A DNA stretch of 63,791 bases, counting the filler, from Octopus bimaculoides (lineage: Eukaryota): the NCBI RefSeq assembly GCF_001194135.2. It is 5 parts of 5 records of this genome, joined end to end, with 100 filler letters (N's around TTAATTAATTAA, not from the genome) between each part and the next. Parts side by side here need not be neighbours in the genome. Positions count along the whole stretch, not along the records: positions 58,603 to 63,791 come from NC_069006.1; 4 more parts are not named here. One strand, written 5' to 3'. Each line of letters begins with the position of its first letter. Position 1 is the stretch's first letter. Below, piece by piece: positions 61,544 to 63,791 of the stretch. The translations under genes and the position numbers were made by a program. The notes below the pieces were generated by a model. The model saw nothing but the letters and a program-made list of their open reading frames with translations, made no database searches and was not told the DNA's origin.

Positions 61544-62464
61544 GTAAGAAAGCAGACTTTCTGAAGTAGATATGAAAATATTTTCACACACACACACACA
61601 TACACACACAAAAGTTAAATATAAAGTTTTGGTTTCATTTATTTTCACCCTGTTGAAGATCCTATTCTCTACTGTTGAGCCAAATGTTTTGTTAATTTCA
61701 GCTGTCTACCTCTTTCTGAAAGATCAATTAATCTTGTCAAATACCTTGTCATTAGTGCTACCAATGAGAGCCACCAAAAGGGAAAACATTTTCTTCTCTT
61801 CTTCATTTTTGGATTTAAAAAAAAAAAAAAATATTGCGGGAGTATATAATTTTTTTTCTTTTTCTTTTCTTTTTTTTCCCTCCTTTTACAAATTTTTTGC
61901 AACATTTTCACAGCATTCATTTGTTTTTGATGCACTTTGTTGTAACACAAGACACAAACTAATCTAATAATACCATTTATAGATTACCAAATAAACGTTT
62001 TACTCTTATCGTTAGATGAATGCGCAGGGAAATTCTACAAATTCTTCAATATTATTCTTGAAAAAAAAATAATAATAAAGAAAACCACAAATGAGAAAGA
62101 AAACAGTTCTATTCAGAAATTATTGCTACCTATTGGATTTCTTGGTTACAAATTATCTCAGTCAGATCATTTCACTGATCTATATTATAAGTTTGACTAT
62201 TTCATCAATAGTCACACATCATTTTTCTATTTGTCTGTGAGACCACATTATTTATTAGACAAAGAGAAATTACTCTACTTATATGTACTGGTGTCTTCAA
62301 TCAGTGTACAGTTGTAATAAGATGTTATTTTCGGTCAAAAGTCTAATTCTAGAACAATCAAATTTACAGTTACACTTTATATTATCCTCAAACTGAAATG
62401 GTAAAACTAATGAGTAAAGGAATGATTTGAACATGTGACTTTTGGATAAGCAGTTTGTCATGCT

Positions 62465-62563
62465 ATCTGCTTCTCTCAGTTAACTACATGATATCTGATT
62501 CTCTCAGTTAACTACATGATATCTGCTTCTCTCAGTTAACTACATGATATCTGCTTCTCTCAG
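62465..62563 (+). repeat. 28-bp minisatellite x3.5 (ATCTGCTTCTCTCAGTTAACTACATGAT)
   Basis: Units start at 62465, 62493, 62521 and 62549; one substitution. Confidence 0.92.
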
Positions 62564-62577
62564 AGATGTGAATTTAA

Positions 62578-62800
62578 CCCTTTAGCATTCAGATTACTCT
62601 TAAATCTAATGCATATTCATTTACACTGTTTTGAATTAATCGTACATTATCTCGTTGCTTTGAGACTTCAGTGATGTGATTGTTTATTTTTAGAGTGACT
62701 TTGTAAGATAGGTATGAGAGATCTGATCTGGTCGATTTGAACATAATAAAAAGGAGGTAGAATATTTAGGCCTGCAAGGGCCAGTTTAAATGCTAAAGGG
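62578..62800 (+). mobile_element. piggyBac-like MITE, copy 4
   Basis: TTAA|CCCTTTAGCATT ... AATGCTAAAGGG|TGAA; perfect 12-bp TIRs. Confidence 0.9.
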
Positions 62801-63337
62801 TGAAACACCAATTAAATTAACTATATTTCAAATGGACACAGTTTTAAAAATCATCTTTACCTGTAAGTATAGGAGTTCTATTAACTATTTCTATATTTTG
62901 CTAAATTCACCTCAGTAGTATTTATATACAAAAAAAATATACATCAATTGACAATTCTCAGCTCCAGATTTCTACTTTTTTTTCACCTCAAGGCAGTGCT
63001 CTAGCATGGCCGCAGTCTAATGACTGAAACAAGTAAAAAAGATAAACGATAACCACTGATAAGAACTAATATGTTGGTTATTAATCAGTCATTTCTATTG
63101 TTATCACATTTGTTCAAACAGAAAGACTTTATTCAGTACCTGACTCTGACCATAACAGCATATTCCTTGACAACTCAGCTACATGAGTTCAAAATAAATC
63201 TTCGAGTTAAATAGGTTTGGAGTAGTTCTTTCAAATTCAAGATTTCAACTTTTATTTTTAACACTAACCTTCTAGAAAACTTGGTTATTATATATGTAAC
63301 TGTAAAATGAGGGAAATCATTCCAATAAGTGTGTGTG

Positions 63338-63370
<33 letters not shown>

Positions 63371-63739
63371 TACCTGTGAGAAGTGTTTCAGGATTGTTGA
63401 GTGGTGGGGCAGATTTATTATTTACTAGAAGTGTAAAGAGAGAGTATATTCTATAAATTGTATCATTTTTATCTATTCACATCATCCCTTCCCATAAGAT
63501 TTTCTTTTTCTTGTATTACTTTACTCTATTTTTTGTTTTTGCTTTTTGCTCATTCTTAATTTTTGTTCTATCAAAACTTTCAATTCCTTGTGGCATTTCT
63601 GTACAGCACTAAAAAAAAAAAAAAAAAAGGAAAAGTTAAAGAAAGGTTTATATGAATGGGATTTACCTCAGATTGCCAAAAGCAATGAAAAATGCTTCAT
63701 TTTTGTACTCATTGCTTCATTAAACTCCACCCCACCCCC

Positions 63740-63790
63740 TTCCAGCCCCAGCCCTTACTCTTTGTGTCATTGATATGTTTTTGTTGACAG
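63740..63790 (+). promoter_or_regulatory. Probable 3' splice acceptor at window end
   Basis: CCTTACTC/TTGAT branch-like motifs, U-rich tract, CAG at 63788-63790. Confidence 0.5.
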
Positions 63791-63791
63791 T

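Larger units (their letters stand above)
2..63790 (+). other. Putative very large GT-AG intron spanning the window (host gene unknown)
   Basis: GT at 2-3 (also GTAAAA at 4-9) and a pyrimidine-rich tract ending TTTTTGTTGACAG at 63790, one base from the window end. All confidently identified LINE remnants are antisense. Inference only. Confidence 0.35.

Noticed and set aside
6613-62563. ATGTAGTTA(A)C core shared between the 18-bp (6613) and 28-bp (62465, reverse) minisatellites
   Set aside because: A 9-10-bp match in AT-rich sequence is compatible with chance.
1-63791. CRISPR arrays, rRNA genes, operons
   Set aside because: There are no repeat-spacer arrays, rRNA-like blocks or prokaryotic gene density; the sequence is eukaryotic.

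Overview
This is AT-rich, gap-ridden eukaryotic genomic DNA. Its SINE families and dense (AT)n/(CA)n/(TAA)n/(AGAT)n microsatellites most resemble an octopus (coleoid cephalopod) draft assembly; I recognise these from memory and have not verified it. No intact protein-coding gene is visible. Almost every ORF in the supplied track is an artefact of microsatellites, N-gaps or transposon antisense frames. The window is mostly transposon debris: RTE-like and R4/Dong-like LINE remnants, all on the minus strand and the latter mostly sitting in (TAA)n arrays; several tRNA-derived SINE families with swapped modules; a DD41D (rosa) Tc1/mariner pseudogene; a hAT transposase remnant; pogo-like and piggyBac-like MITEs; and a Helentron-type non-autonomous element. 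The window starts G|GT and ends polypyrimidine-CAG|T, so it may be one ~63.8 kb plus-strand intron. It holds three strong internal acceptor sites (cryptic exons, or for two of them recursive AG|GT sites). The most interesting items are an apparently intact minimal hammerhead ribozyme (21064-21111, minus), a three-copy repeat family with a hammerhead fold and a non-canonical CUGUUGA core, and a ~1.1 kb decayed coding island of unknown origin (26.2-27.35 kb). Four 44N-TTAATTAATTAA-44N spacers and two duplications flanking 10-N gaps are assembly artefacts. No database searches or folding programs were run, and the ends of degenerate elements are approximate.
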